Of a stretch of 64,000 nt of DNA, positions 10,758 to 23,299 are shown piece after piece. Origin of the DNA: Anaeramoeba ignava BMAN (taxonomy: Eukaryota > Protista > Anaeramoebae); NCBI GenBank assembly GCA_028826165.1, contig JAPDFW010000096.1, forward strand, positions 1 to 64,000, in the 5' to 3' direction. Within the stretch, counting starts at the first letter, position 1, and each line of letters opens with the position of its first letter. The position numbers and the translations under genes were made by a program. The notes under the pieces were generated by a model, which worked only from the letters and a program-made list of their open reading frames with translations, made no database searches and had not been told where the DNA came from.

Positions 10758-13700
10758 TTTAAAATATTTAAATCTAAAACAATAAAATATAAATTGAATA
10801 ATAAAATTAAATATTAAAATTATATTTTTAAATTAATTTATTGATTAAATATTAATTAATTATATTCTTATTTTATATTTATATGTTAAATAATGAAATA
10901 AGAAAATATTTAAATCTAAAACAATAAATTATAAATTTAATAATAAAATTAAATATTAAATTATATTTTTAAATTGATTTATAAATTAAATGTTAATTAA
11001 TTATATTCTTATTTTATATTTTATGTTAAATGTTTAAATAATAAAATATTTAAATCTAAAACAATAAAATATAAATTTAATAATAAAATTAAATATTAAA
11101 TTATATTTTTAAATTGATTTATTGATTAAATATTAATTAATTATATTCTTATTTTTATATTTATATGTTAAATGCTTAAATAATAAAATATTTAAATCTA
11201 AAACAATAAATTATTATTTTAATAATAAAATTAAATATTAAATTATATTTTTAAATTGATTTATGATTAAATATTAATTAATTATATTCTTATTTTTATA
11301 TTTATATGTTAAATAATGAAATAATAAAATATTTAAATCTAAAACAATAAAATATAAATTTAATAATAAAATTAAATATTAAATTATATTTTTAAATTGA
11401 TTTATAAATTAAATATTAATTAATTATATTCTTATTATTTATATTTATATGTTAAATAATGAAATAATAAAATATTTAAATCTAAAACATTAAATTATAA
11501 TTTTAATAATAAAAATTAAATATTAAATTATATTTTTAAATTGATTTATTGATTAAATATTAATTAATTATATTCTTATTTTTATATTTATATGTTAAAT
11601 AATGAAATAAGAAAATATTTAAATCTAAAACATTAAAATATAATTTAATAATAAAATTAAATATTAAATTATATTTTTAAATTGATTTATAAATTAAATA
11701 TTAATTAATTATATTCTTATTTTTATATTTATATGTTAAATGTTTAAATAATAAAATATTTAAATCTAAAACAATAAATTATAAATTGAATAATAAAATT
11801 AAATATTAAATTATATTTTTAAATTGATTTATTGATTAAATATTAATTAATTATATTCTTATTTTATATTTTTATTTTAAATAATGAAATAATAAAATAT
11901 TTAAATCTAAAACAATAAATATAAATTTAATAATAAAATTAAGTATTAAATTATATTTTTAAATTGATTTATAAATTAAATATTAATTAATTATATTCTT
12001 ATTTTTATATTTATATGTTAAATGTTTGAAATAATAAAATATTTAAATCTAAAACATTAAATTATAATTTTAATAATAAAATTAAATATTAAATTATATT
12101 TTTAAATTGATTTATTGATTAAATGTTAATTAATTATATTCTTATTTTTATATTTATATGTTAAATGTTTAAATAATAAAATATTTAAATCTAAAACAAT
12201 AAAATATAAATTTAATAATAAAATTAAATATTAAATTATATTTTTAAATTGATTTATGATTAAATATTAATTAATTATATTCTTATTTTTATATTTATAT
12301 GTTAAATAATGAAATAAGAAAATATTTAAATCTAAATCAATAAAATATTATTTTAATAATAAAATTAAATATTAAATTATATTTTTAAATTGATTTATAA
12401 ATTAAATATTAATTAATTATATTCTTATTTTTATATTTTTATGTTAAATGTTGAAATAATAAAATATTTAAATCTAAAACATTAAAATATAAATTGAATA
12501 ATAAAATTAAATATTAAATTATATTTTTAAATTGATTTATAAATTAAATGTTAATTAATTATATTCTTATTTTTATATTTATATGTTAAATGCTTAAATA
12601 ATAAAATATTTAAATCTAAAACAATAAATTATAAATTGAATAATAAAATTAAATATTAAATTATATTTTTAAATTGATTTATAAATTAAATATTAATTAA
12701 TTATATTCTTATTTTTAATATTTATATGTTAAATAATGAAATAAGAAAATATTTAAAACTAAAACATTAAAATATTATTTTTAATAATAAAATTAAATAT
12801 TAAATTATATTTTTAAATTAATTTATAAATTAAATATTAATTAATTATATTCTTATTTTTATATTTATATGTTAAATGTTTAAATAAGAAAATATTTAAA
12901 TCTAAAACATTAAAATATAAATTGAATAATAAAATTAAATATTAAATTATATTTCTAAATTGATTTATAAATTAAATATTAATTAATTATATTCTTATTA
13001 TTTATATTTATATGTTAAATAATGAAATAATAAAATATTTAAATCTAAAACATTAAATTATAATTTTAATAATAAAATTAAATATTAAATTATATTTTTA
13101 AATTGATTTATAAATTAAATATTAATTAATTATATTCTTATTTTTATATTTATATGTTAAATGCTTAAATAATAAAATATTTAAAACTAAAACAATAAAT
13201 TATAAATTGAATAATAAAATTAAATATTAAATTATATTTTTAAATTAATTTATAAATTAAATGTTAGTTAATTATATTCTTATTATTTATATTTTTATTT
13301 TAAATGTTTAAATAATAAAATATTTAAATATAAAACAATAAAATATTATTTTAATAATAAAATTAAATATTAAATTATATTTCTAAATTGATTTATTGAT
13401 TAAATATTAATTAATTATATTCTTATTTTTATATTTTTATTTTTAAATAATGAAATAAGAAAATATTTAAATCTAAAACAATAAAATATAAATTTAATAA
13501 TAAAATTAAATATTAAATTATATTTTTAAATTGATTTATAAATTAAATATTAATTAATTATATTCTTATTTTTATATTTATATGTTAAATGCTTAAATAA
13601 GAAAATATTTAAATCTAAAACAATAAAATATAACTTTAATAATAAAATTAAATATTAAATTATATTTTTAAATTGATTTATAAATTAAATATTAATTAAT

Positions 13701-14590
13701 TATATTCTTATTATTTATATTTTTATTTTAAATGCTTAAATAATAAAATATTTAAATCTAAAACAATAAATTATTATTTTTAATAATAAAATTAAATATT
13801 AAATTATATTTTTAAATTGATTTATAAATTAAATATTAATTAATTATATTCTTATTATTTAATATTTATATGTTAAATGTTGAAATAATAAAATATTTAA
13901 ATATAAAACAATAAATTATAAATTTAATAATAAAATTAAATATTAAATTATATTTTTAAATTGATTTATTGATTAAATGTTAATTAATTATATTCTTATT
14001 TTTATATTTATATGTTAAATGCTTAAATAATAAAATATTTAAATCTAAAACAATAAAATATAAATTTAATAATAAAATTAAATATTAAATTATATTTTTA
14101 AATTGATTTATAAATTAAATATTAATTAATTGTATTCTTATTATTTATATTTATATGTTAAATAATGAAATAAGAAAATATTTAAATCTAAAACATTAAA
14201 TTATAATTTTAATAATAAAATTAAATATTAAATTATATTTTTAAATTGATTTATTGATTAAATATTAATTAATTATATTCTTATTTTTAATATTTATATG
14301 TTAAATGCTTAAATAATAAAATATTTAAATCTAAAACAATAAATTATTATTTTAATAATAAAATTAAATATTAAATTATATTTCTAAATTAATTTATAAA
14401 TTAAATATTAATTAATTTTATTCTTATTTTTATATTTATATGTTAAATGTTTAAATAAGAAAATATTTAAATCTAAAACAATAAAATATAAATTGAATAA
14501 TAAAATTAAATATTAAATTATATTTTTAAATTGATTTATTGATTAAATATTAATTAATTTTATTCTTATTTTTATATTTTTAAATAAAAT
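10758..14590. repeat. AT-rich satellite, ~141-142 bp unit, ~27 copies
   Basis: The anchor AAAATATTTAAATCTAAAAC occurs at 10761, 10903, 11043, 11185 and onward to ~14460. Only about 6-7 G/C per unit. Confidence 0.95.
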
Positions 14591-14624
14591 ATTTTTATTA
14601 TTAATTAATTGAGAATGACAGTGT

Positions 14625-14634
14625 ATGACGTAAT
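14625..14634 (+). promoter_or_regulatory. CRE/ATF-like site ATGACGTAAT upstream of the bZIP gene
   Basis: CpG-containing TGACGTAA motif in otherwise almost CpG-free DNA, ~250 bp upstream of the bZIP ATG. Confidence 0.45.
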
Positions 14635-14880
14635 TCAATTTTATTATAAAATAGAGAACTAAAAAAATTAAAAAAAGAAATAAAAATTTTCATTTTTCAT
14701 TTTAATATTTTTTTCTTTCAATTTGCAAAAATAATAACTTTTTAACAAAAACAAAAACAAAAACAAAAACGAAAACGAAACAAATTTAAAATTTAATTTT
14801 AATTTGTTTTTTTTACAAAACAAAAAAATTTGCATTTAATTAATTGAATATAAAACAAAAACAACAACAACAAAAAAAAA

Positions 14881-16110
14881 ATGGTTGATCGATTTTCAAT
14901 AAATAACTTTGGACACTTTGATTCAATATTCAGTGATATTGACACTTCATTTGGAAACGAAATTGATTTTTTTGGAAATGAATATAAAGAAGAAAACATT
15001 TCTGAAGAATTCAATCTATTTTTCGTATCAAATTTTGGAGTTAATACACTTAATGAAGAGAATATTGAACAAAAAGATTCAAAGGAATTGTTTCCAAAAG
15101 AAAATGACAAGCAAGAAGTTTTAAAAGAAAATGACAAGCAAGAAGTTTTAAAAGAAAATGACAAGCAAGAAGTTTTAAAAGAAAATGACAAGCAAAATTC
15201 TAATAATAAAAATAATAAAAATAATAAGAATAATAAAAATAATAAGAAAAATAACAAGTCTTCAAAAAACTGTCGAAAAACGAAAAAACGAAAACAAAAA
15301 AATTCAAGTCAAAATTCAAGTCAAAATTCAAATGACAAAGATCCTGTCATTGAAAAATATCGACGAAGACTTGAGCTGAATAGAGTTAACGCCAAAAAAT
15401 CACGCGAAAGGAAAAAACTATACGTACAAAATCTGGAATCCACTGTTAGTTCTTTAAAAGATGAACGAAATGATTTGAAATCAAAATTGGAACAAATTAA
15501 CGAAAAAAACGAAAAATTAAAAAACGAAGCAGATTCTTTGAGACAAAAACTGCAAACGATGATCCAAACCGAGCAAAAACCAAACGATCCTTCATTCACG
15601 TTCTTTTCCATATTGTCTTATATTGGAGCACTTCCCAAATTTGATAAAAACAAAGCAAATCAAAACTTAAAAAGCGAAGAAGACAATTTACAAAAAAACA
15701 AGTCAAGCGAATCACAAGAACCAAAACAACGATACTCAGTACGATCTCAAGCAAGATACAACAATCTCTCAAATACTCAAAATATCGGTGTTGCTTTGTT
15801 TGTATTTTTTATTGCTTTTGGCTTTTTTTTCAAAAGAGGATTTTTTTACTTCCGCCAAAAGACAACTGAACAAATTATGTTTTCTTTAATATTTTTTGAA
15901 GATAATTTTAGCCATTTTGTTTCTCAAGTTCATGACAAGTTTGTTTTAATGGACAATCAAACTGAAAAGTTGTCTTTCTGCCCAAAAAATGAACTCATCA
16001 TTCTTCCAATTATTGAACCTATTACAACAACTACAACAACTACTACTACAACAACAACTACAACTGAAACAATTCCTTTGAATCACAAAATTTTAATCAA
16101 CGCAAATTAA
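14881..16110 (+). CDS. bZIP transcription factor with C-terminal hydrophobic segment (ATF6/CREB3-like topology)
   Basis: Basic region RRRLELNRVNAKKSRERKKLY, leucine zipper (LESTVSSLKDERNDLKSKL), putative TM IGVALFVFFIAFGFFF, and a 27-bp KENDKQEVL repeat. Confidence 0.85.
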   Translation: MVDRFSINNFGHFDSIFSDIDTSFGNEIDFFGNEYKEENISEEFNLFFVSNFGVNTLNEENIEQKDSKELFPKENDKQEVLKENDKQEVLKENDKQEVLKENDKQNSNNKNNKNNKNNKNNKKNNKSSKNCRKTKKRKQKNSSQNSSQNSNDKDPVIEKYRRRLELNRVNAKKSRERKKLYVQNLESTVSSLKDERNDLKSKLEQINEKNEKLKNEADSLRQKLQTMIQTEQKPNDPSFTFFSILSYIGALPKFDKNKANQNLKSEEDNLQKNKSSESQEPKQRYSVRSQARYNNLSNTQNIGVALFVFFIAFGFFFKRGFFYFRQKTTEQIMFSLIFFEDNFSHFVSQVHDKFVLMDNQTEKLSFCPKNELIILPIIEPITTTTTTTTTTTTTTETIPLNHKILINAN

Positions 16111-16236
16111 GGAAATTTTTTCTTTTCTTCATTTTCAAAATTTAAAGTTAATAAAAAGAAGACAACTAAAAATTTCTTTTTCCGTTTTTTATTAAAATTT
16201 CTTTTTGAAAAAAAAAAAAAAGAAATTGGAAAATCA

Positions 16237-17557
16237 CTATTTTTGTTTTTTGGAATGTGTTTTTTGATAAAGAATAACTAAATCATTTATTGAACCATCA
16301 AAATGCATAACAATATGTTGAAGTTCTCTTTTAGAAAAAGAAGGTTCAACTAAAAAATAATAAAATAATAAAAAAATAAAATAATTTAAATAAATAAATA
16401 AAAATTTTATAAATTGAATTTACCTTTTAAAATCTCTTTAAATAATTTCTCTTGAATCATTTCTTTAAAGGTGTCTCTTGTTGATTTCATTTCATTAATT
16501 AAAGAATTAAATCGAGAAACAATTTCCTTTTGATTTTTTTTTTATTTTTAAAAAATTTAAATAATTTAAATAATTTAATAATTAAAAATTTTTTACAAAA
16601 AATCTTGAAATTTTATCATCAATTTCTTTTGATTCTTCTTTTAATCCCAATTTTAAAGTTTCTTCTAAATCATCTAATTTAGTTGATAATTTTCTGCTTT
16701 CTGTCATAATCTCATCAATTAAAGTACAAAATGAATTATAAACTTCTCTTTCTTTAAAAAAGAATAAGAAAAGTTTCGTTTTATTTTATTTTTTTAAAAT
16801 TATAAATTATAAATTAATTTCTTTTACGTTGATTTGAATTGCAATTCAAAAAAGTTGAATGTTTTTCTTTTATCAAAAAAATCTTTTGTGAAATTAAATC
16901 TAAAAGTTGTTGAGATTGATTGAAATTGGATTGAATTTCAGTTTCATTATTTTTCTTAAAATAATTAGAAAGTTCATCACAAGGTTCAAAAAAATTATCT
17001 GAAATTAATTCAGGATAAAAATATTGGAATAAATAATAACGTTTTTGCTTTTTTTTTTGGAATTTGTTTTCATTTTGATTTTCATTTTGATTTTGATTTT
17101 GATTTTTATTATTTTGTTTAGAAAAATTAAAAGATTCCTTTTGAATTAATCTTGATTTATTTCCAACTTGATTTTCTTTTTGTAAATTTTGTTTTTGTAA
17201 ATTTTCTTTTTCTTTTTCTTTTAATTCTTGTTTTTCTTGTAAATCAATTTCTGAAATGAAATTTTTTGATAATTCTTCTGATAAATATTTTAAAAGTTTT
17301 TTTTGTTTTTTTAATGGAATAATTTTTTCATTTATTAAATATTTTAAAAAAATTTCCTTTTCTTTTAAATTTTGAAGAGATTTTATAATTAAAAGACTTT
17401 GAATCCAATCAATTAAATTTGTTTTTAAATAATCAAAAATAATTTCAATTAATTTTTCATTTGAATTTTGATTTAAATTTTTTAATAAAGAATCAAAAGA
17501 ATTAATTTTATTAATTTCTTTTAAATTTAAATTATTATTATTATTATTATTTGCCAT
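16237..17557 (-). CDS. Hypothetical coiled-coil protein, 4 exons
   Basis: The 247-aa ORF continues through GT-AG introns (approx. 16827-16752, 16596-16527, 16423-16350) to ...LVILYQKTHSKKQK with TAG at 16237. Confidence 0.6.
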
Positions 17558-17686
17558 TTTAAAAAAAAGAAAAAAGTAAAAAAATGAATTTTTAAAAAAG
17601 TAAAAAAAATTTTTTTTATTTAATCATAAAATTGTTTTTTGTTTTTGAATTAAAATTAAAAATAAAATTAAAAATAAAATTTCAAT

Positions 17687-17998
17687 TTAAACTCCATAAC
17701 CATAAACTGTTTTTCTTTGTCTTCTTAATGCATAAACAATATCAATTGTTGTAACTGTTTTTCTTTTTGAATGTTCTGTATAAGTAACTGCATCTCTAAC
17801 AACTGATTCAAGAAATGATTTTAATATTTTTCTTGTATCATCATAAACTTGACTTGAAATTCTTTTAACTCCTGCTCTTCTTGCAAGTCTTCTAATTGCA
17901 GGTCTTGAAACTCCTTTTGCAATTTCTTTCATTGATTCTTTTCTTTTTTTTCCTCCTTTTCCCATTCCTTTTCCTCTTCCTTTTCCTTTTCCTGACAT
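17687..17998 (-). CDS. H4: Histone H4, divergent variant
   Basis: [36 protein letters not shown] matches the H4 histone fold; the N-tail is divergent. Confidence 0.95.
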   Translation of the reverse strand: MSGKGKGRGKGMGKGGKKRKESMKEIAKGVSRPAIRRLARRAGVKRISSQVYDDTRKILKSFLESVVRDAVTYTEHSKRKTVTTIDIVYALRRQRKTVYGYGV

Positions 17999-18101
17999 TT
18001 TTTAAATTATAATAATAAAAATAATAAAAATATTTAAAATAAAAAAATAAAAATGAAAAAAAAAATAAAAAAAATTTTCTTTTTATATTTTTTTTTAATC
18101 A

Positions 18102-18163
18102 AATATTATCCAATAATTTTTTATTTTTTATTTTTTAAAATTTAAAATTTATTGGATAATATT
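18102..18163. promoter_or_regulatory. 15-bp perfect inverted repeat carrying two opposed CCAAT boxes upstream of H4
   Basis: AATATTATCCAATAA (18102-18116) and TTATTGGATAATATT (18149-18163). Confidence 0.5.
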
Positions 18164-18198
18164 GTTTCGATTTTTTTAAAAAAGAAAATAAATTTTTT

Positions 18199-19940
18199 TT
18201 AATTCTTCTTTTCTTCTTCTTTCTCTTTATATTCTTTAGCAAGTGTGTATAGATTTGGTTCTAATTCATTTAATTGGAAAAAATCCATTGCCTTTTCTAA
18301 ATCATCAATAATTTCATTTGTGATTTCTTCATTAGTCTCAATTTGACCAGAATATAAAAAATTAATAAAAATTTTGAAAGAATTAGAAGAAATTCCACTA
18401 TAATCAGTAACTTGATTTGAATCATCAATAACATTCAAAAACATTCCTCTAAATAAATCACTTCTTGCCCATAAAATTATTTTATGAATATGAATTTCTT
18501 CTTGATTTGATTTAATTGTAAAATCTTTACTTTCTTCTTCATTTCTTAAAGTTTTTAAATCTTTAATTAATTCAAATTCCACATTTTTTGGATCGAAATT
18601 TCGAATTTTTCTCAATTCATTAAAAAGTTCATCATCATCTGGTAATATTCCTCCATAAATAAACTCTATAATCTCCTTTGCTTCATCCTTTGTTTTGGAA
18701 AAGATGAAATTTTGGAATTTGCTTAAATTGTCTTGCTTGATTCGATGTTTAATTATCAATTTATGGCAATCCAAATAACTCCCATCTCCAATTCTCAAAT
18801 GTAAATCACAATTTTCTTGTTTTTTAAAAAAGTGGATCAAATCTTCGCCCAATAAAAATCGATTTGAAAAATACAAAAAAGAATTGAAAGAACCGCAACA
18901 AATATGACAATTAAGTAAATCAGGAATTCTATTGGGGATATTGATTTCCACTGGTGTTTTTTGGATATAAGAATTAGGGATTCCAAGTTCGTGATTTGTA
19001 TTCATTCCAAATCCAAATAGTCTATATCCTGAAACATAAACAATAGAGTGATAGCAACCGCATTCAATTTCCAGAATATCATAACCATCGAAAAAATCTA
19101 TTTTGGTGAAAACTGGACTCATTTCATCTTTTCCAAGTCCGTTCCACTTTGCTTGACCAGTAGAATATAAATGAGTTTTCCCATTTTGCTTGGTCAACAT
19201 CAACGAATGTTCATGAGCACAAACAATTTTAACAATTTCTCCTTCTGGAATTTGATCCATTTTTTGCGGGAGGAAAAATTCTTGTCATGATCAATAGGAA
19301 TACCAAGTTCACCTGAAAAATTATATCCTGAACAATAAAGATCATTTGAGTTTGTAACCAAAAAAAGTGAGTGTGAATAATTTCCTGTAAAAACTTTTTT
19401 GATATCCTGCATGATCAAATAGAGTTCTAAAGAGAATCTATTTTCCAGTTCGTAGAACTCAGAAAAAGTGCCTCCAACACCATAAATTTTTGATTCCAAA
19501 GTGAGTAAAAAAAGCTGTCTACTTCCACAAATAAGATCTACAATTGGATCATTATTGATTTTTGGAGGAATAATATCAATGTATTCTTTTTTTAGATTTG
19601 ACAAGTTTTCATGCTCAGTTTCAATATCCCCAATGATATAAATACCCGATTTTGTGAGAGCCGCAAAGAAATAATAACCAGTTTGAATTTTGATGCAATT
19701 TTGGATTTGGTCCAATTTTTTCATTTTGTTTTCTTTTGGATCATCATTGAGTAATAAAGTATAAACCTCGCCTGAAAATGTGTTTATGAATGTTCCATAA
19801 TGGCCTGATGAAAGTTGTTTAATTGAGAGTTTTTTGCAGATATTTGTAGCTTGAGGTGTTTCCATTTGTGGATAAGTTGAATCATGAAGAGGATTTTGTG
19901 AATTTCTATTTTCTCCCCAATAATATAAATCATGCGTCAT
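18199..19940 (-). CDS. Divergent RCC1-repeat + BTB protein, 1-nt frameshift in a T-run near 19261
   Basis: Likely start MTHDLYYWG at 19940. ORFs 19200-20024 and 18199-19260 join at CAT-TTTTT-GCG. RCC1 motifs (CGCYHS, GYNFSGELG) and BTB (HKIILWARSDLFRGMF). Confidence 0.8.
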
Positions 19941-20056
19941 TTTCTTATTTAATTCCAAATCAAAAATCAAAAAAATTAAAAGAATTAAAAGAATTAAAAG
20001 AATTAAAAAAAATGAAAAATTCATTTTTCTTTTCTTTTCTTTTCATTTAAAAAAAA

Positions 20057-20386
20057 ATGTCTAATTTTAAAATTGATAAATTAATTTCTTCCATTTTAAA
20101 TCAAATTAATCAAATTCAATCTCAAATTGAAAATGTTTCTCAAGAAAATTTATCTCAAAAAGAAAAAGTTCAATTAACTTATTTAATGAATTTACTTTTT
20201 GAAATTTATGTTTTAAGTCATGGAGTTGAAGAACCAAGTGATTTACAAATTGAATTGAAACGAATAAAAGAAAATTTATTAAAATTTGAAGAAGAAAATA
20301 TAAAAGAAAATATAAAAGAAAATATAAAAGAAAATATAAAAGAAAATATAAAAGAAAATATAAAAGAAAATATAAAAAGAAAATAA
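20057..20386 (+). CDS. Probable C1D/Rrp47 (Sas10/C1D family) exosome cofactor, divergent, with ENIK repeat tail
   Basis: YLMNLLFEIYVLSHGV..ELKRIK resembles the C1D core (Y.LNS.FW.YL..QGV..EL.RI) as recalled; 12-bp GAAAATATAAAA repeats at the end. Confidence 0.55.
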   Translation: MSNFKIDKLISSILNQINQIQSQIENVSQENLSQKEKVQLTYLMNLLFEIYVLSHGVEEPSDLQIELKRIKENLLKFEEENIKENIKENIKENIKENIKENIKENIKRK

Positions 20387-20489
20387 AAGAAAATAAGAAA
20401 ATAAGAAATAAAAAGAAGAGAAAAAAAGATTTTAAACAAAATTAAAAAGGAAACCAAAATTAGAAATTAAAATCAAAAATCAAAAATAA

Positions 20490-21330
20490 AAACAAAATAA
20501 AATAAAAAATAAAAACAAAATAAAATAAGATTTTAAACAAATTTATAATTAAATTATAAATAAATTCTTTTAATAAAAATTGAAATAAAATTAATAAATT
20601 TTTTTAATAAATAAATATAAATAAAATTATTAATAAAATTGAAAAATAAGAAATAAAATCAAAACAAAATAAGATTTTAAACAAATTTATAATTAAATTA
20701 TAAATAAAATCTTTTAAATAAAAATTGAAATTAAAAATTAATAAATTTTTAATAAATAAAAACAAAATAAAAATAAACAAAATTAATAACAAAATTAATA
20801 AATAAGAAATAAAAAAATCAAAACAAAATAAAATTTTAAACAAATTTATAATTAAATTATAAATAAAATCTTTTTAATAAAAATTGAAATTAAAATAATA
20901 AATTTTTAATAAATAAATATAAATAAAATTAATATTAAAATTAAAAATAAGAAATAAAAACAAAATAAAATAGGATTTTAAATAAATTTATAATTAAATT
21001 ATAAATAAAATCTTTTAATAAAAATTGAAATTAAAAATAAATTTTTTTAATAAATAAATATAAACAAAATTATTAATAAAATTGATAAATAAGAAATAAA
21101 ATCAAAATAAAATAAGATTTTAAATAAATTTATAATTAAATTATAAATAAAATCTTTTAATAGAAATCAAAAATAAAAATAAATTTTTTTAATAAATAAA
21201 TATTAATAAAATTAATAATAAAATTAATAAATAAGAAATAAAAACAAAATAAAATAAGATTTTAAATAAATTTATAATTAAATTATAAATAAAATCTTTA
21301 AATAAAAATTGAAATTAAAATAATAAATTT
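20490..21330. repeat. Second AT-rich tandem repeat, ~142 bp unit, ~6 copies, each with an imperfect palindrome
   Basis: The anchor AAGATTTTAAA(C/T)AAATTTATAATTAAATTATAAATAAAATCTT recurs near 20527, 20671, 20830, 20972, 21114 and 21256. Confidence 0.85.
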
Positions 21331-21376
21331 TTTTTTCATTTTTTTTTTCATTTTTTTATTTCCAAATTAATTAATA

Positions 21377-23097
21377 ATGTCTCTTTTTGCAACTCCAAAA
21401 CAAACATCAGTAAAAAAAATAAAAACAAGAAAATATTTAAAATTCATTTCCCAATAAATTCCTAAATAAATATTAGAATGCTTTAGTTGAATTTCGAGCA
21501 GGAAAGATGCATTTAAGTGGGACAACAGTTATTGCAGATACTAGAAAAGGGAAGGTTAAATTAATAAGAGTATCATCAGTTTTTTTTTCTCTTTTCTTCT
21601 TTCTCTTTTCTTTTTTTTGTCTTATTTTTTATTTTCTTTTGTTTATTTTTTTTCTGTTTAAAAATTTTTTTGTATTAAAAGAGTCCTGATAATTTCCTTC
21701 ATTTTCAATGGTTAGAAAGACCTTCAGGAAAAATGGAAGATGTAATTTTAATCAAAATTAAATTTCAAAATCAATTATAATTTTAATTTTAATTCTAATT
21801 TTAAATATAATTTTAATTTTAAATATAATTTTAATTTTAATTTTAATTTTAATTTTAATTTTAATTTTAATTTTAATTTTAATTTTAATTTTAATTTTAA
21901 TTTTAATTTTAATTTTAATTTTAATTTTAATTTTAATTTTAATTTTAATTTTAATTTTAATTTTAATTTTAATTTTAATTTTAATTAATTTTAATTTTAA
22001 TTTTAATTTTAATTTTAATTTTAATTTTAATTTTAATTTTAATTTTAATTTTAATTTTAATTTTAATTTTAATTTTAATTTTAATTTTAATTTTAATTTT
22101 AATTTTAATTTTAATTTTAATTTTATAAATGAATTTTAATTTTAATTTTAATTTTAATTTTAATTTTAATTTTAATTCTAATTCTATAAATGAATTTTAA
22201 TTTTAATTATAATTTTAATTTTAATTTTAATTTTAATTTTAATATAAATTTTAAATTTGATTTTAATTTTAATTTTATAAATGAATTATAATTTTAATTC
22301 TAAATTAGGATTTAACAATTTTTCCAGATGAATGTGACTTTCTTCCAGTACCACAATGTACAACAGGAAGAGTATTTGTATTAAAATTCCGACAAGCAAA
22401 AGAACGAAGATTTTATTGGATGCAAGAACCAAATAAAGAAAAAGATGAAGAAATAAAAACAAAAGTGAATCAACTACTGAATAGCACAGCACCAAAAACA
22501 CCAAAAACACCAACAAAAAAACCGACAAAAACACAAACGACTCCACGCAAACAAAAGCAAACAAAGCCTGTAAACAAAGACGCGCAAGATATCTCTAACT
22601 TGCTATTAAACGCATTGAAAAACGTTCAATTCGCTCCAAAAAAAGGACGAAGAGTTCGCGATATTTTATCACCTAATATCGTTCTGGAAGCCCTTGAGAA
22701 CGACCAAATCCGCGAGCAATTACTCGAGTTTCTTCCTGAATCACAACGTTCTTTGGAAGACATACAAGCTTTTATTCACAGTTCTCAATATATTCAATCC
22801 TTGAAGAGGTTTGAACATGCTGTTGAATCAACTTCTTCAAATCAAATGTTTGGAATTCCAACTTCAAAAAAACATGGTTTTGAAGGTCTTTTGGATGGTC
22901 TTCATCAGATGTCTCCAAAATCTAGTCAAGACTCAGAAAATAAAGATCAAAAAATGGATATTGAAGAAGATGAAAAAAAAGAAGATGAAAAAGAAGATGA
23001 AAAAGAAGATGAAAAAAAAGATGAAGAAAAAGATGAAAAACAAGATGATGAAAAAAATCAAGAAAAAAAAGATGACAAACAAGATGATGAAAAATAA
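21377..23097 (+). CDS. RPN13: Proteasome ubiquitin receptor Rpn13/ADRM1, 4 exons
   Basis: Spliced Pru domain [58 protein letters not shown], and a C-terminal DEUBAD-like segment ([17 protein letters not shown]). Confidence 0.92.
21742..22308 (+). repeat. RPN13 intron filled with (TTTTAA)n
   Basis: GT at 21742, AG at 22307-22308; the flanking exons join in frame. Confidence 0.85.
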
Positions 23098-23299
23098 AAA
23101 TAATAATAATAATTTCAACCAAAAAAATTTCATTTGAAGTTTCTTTTCAAAAAAAAAAATAATCCAAAAAAAAATAACCTAAAGAAAATTAATAAAAAAA
23201 ATACTTCATTTTCCTTTCTTTTCTTATTTCTTTTTTTTATCCTTTTTTTTATCCTTTTTTTTTGAAGAACTTTTTTTCTTTTTATCTTTTTTTTTAGAT

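Noticed and set aside
10758-14590. Regular repeat array as CRISPR
   Set aside because: The whole unit is repeated with no unique spacers, there are no cas genes, and the context is eukaryotic.
15530-15780. IRE1-type unconventional intron in the bZIP mRNA
   Set aside because: No convincing pair of CNG-CNG stem-loops was found by eye.
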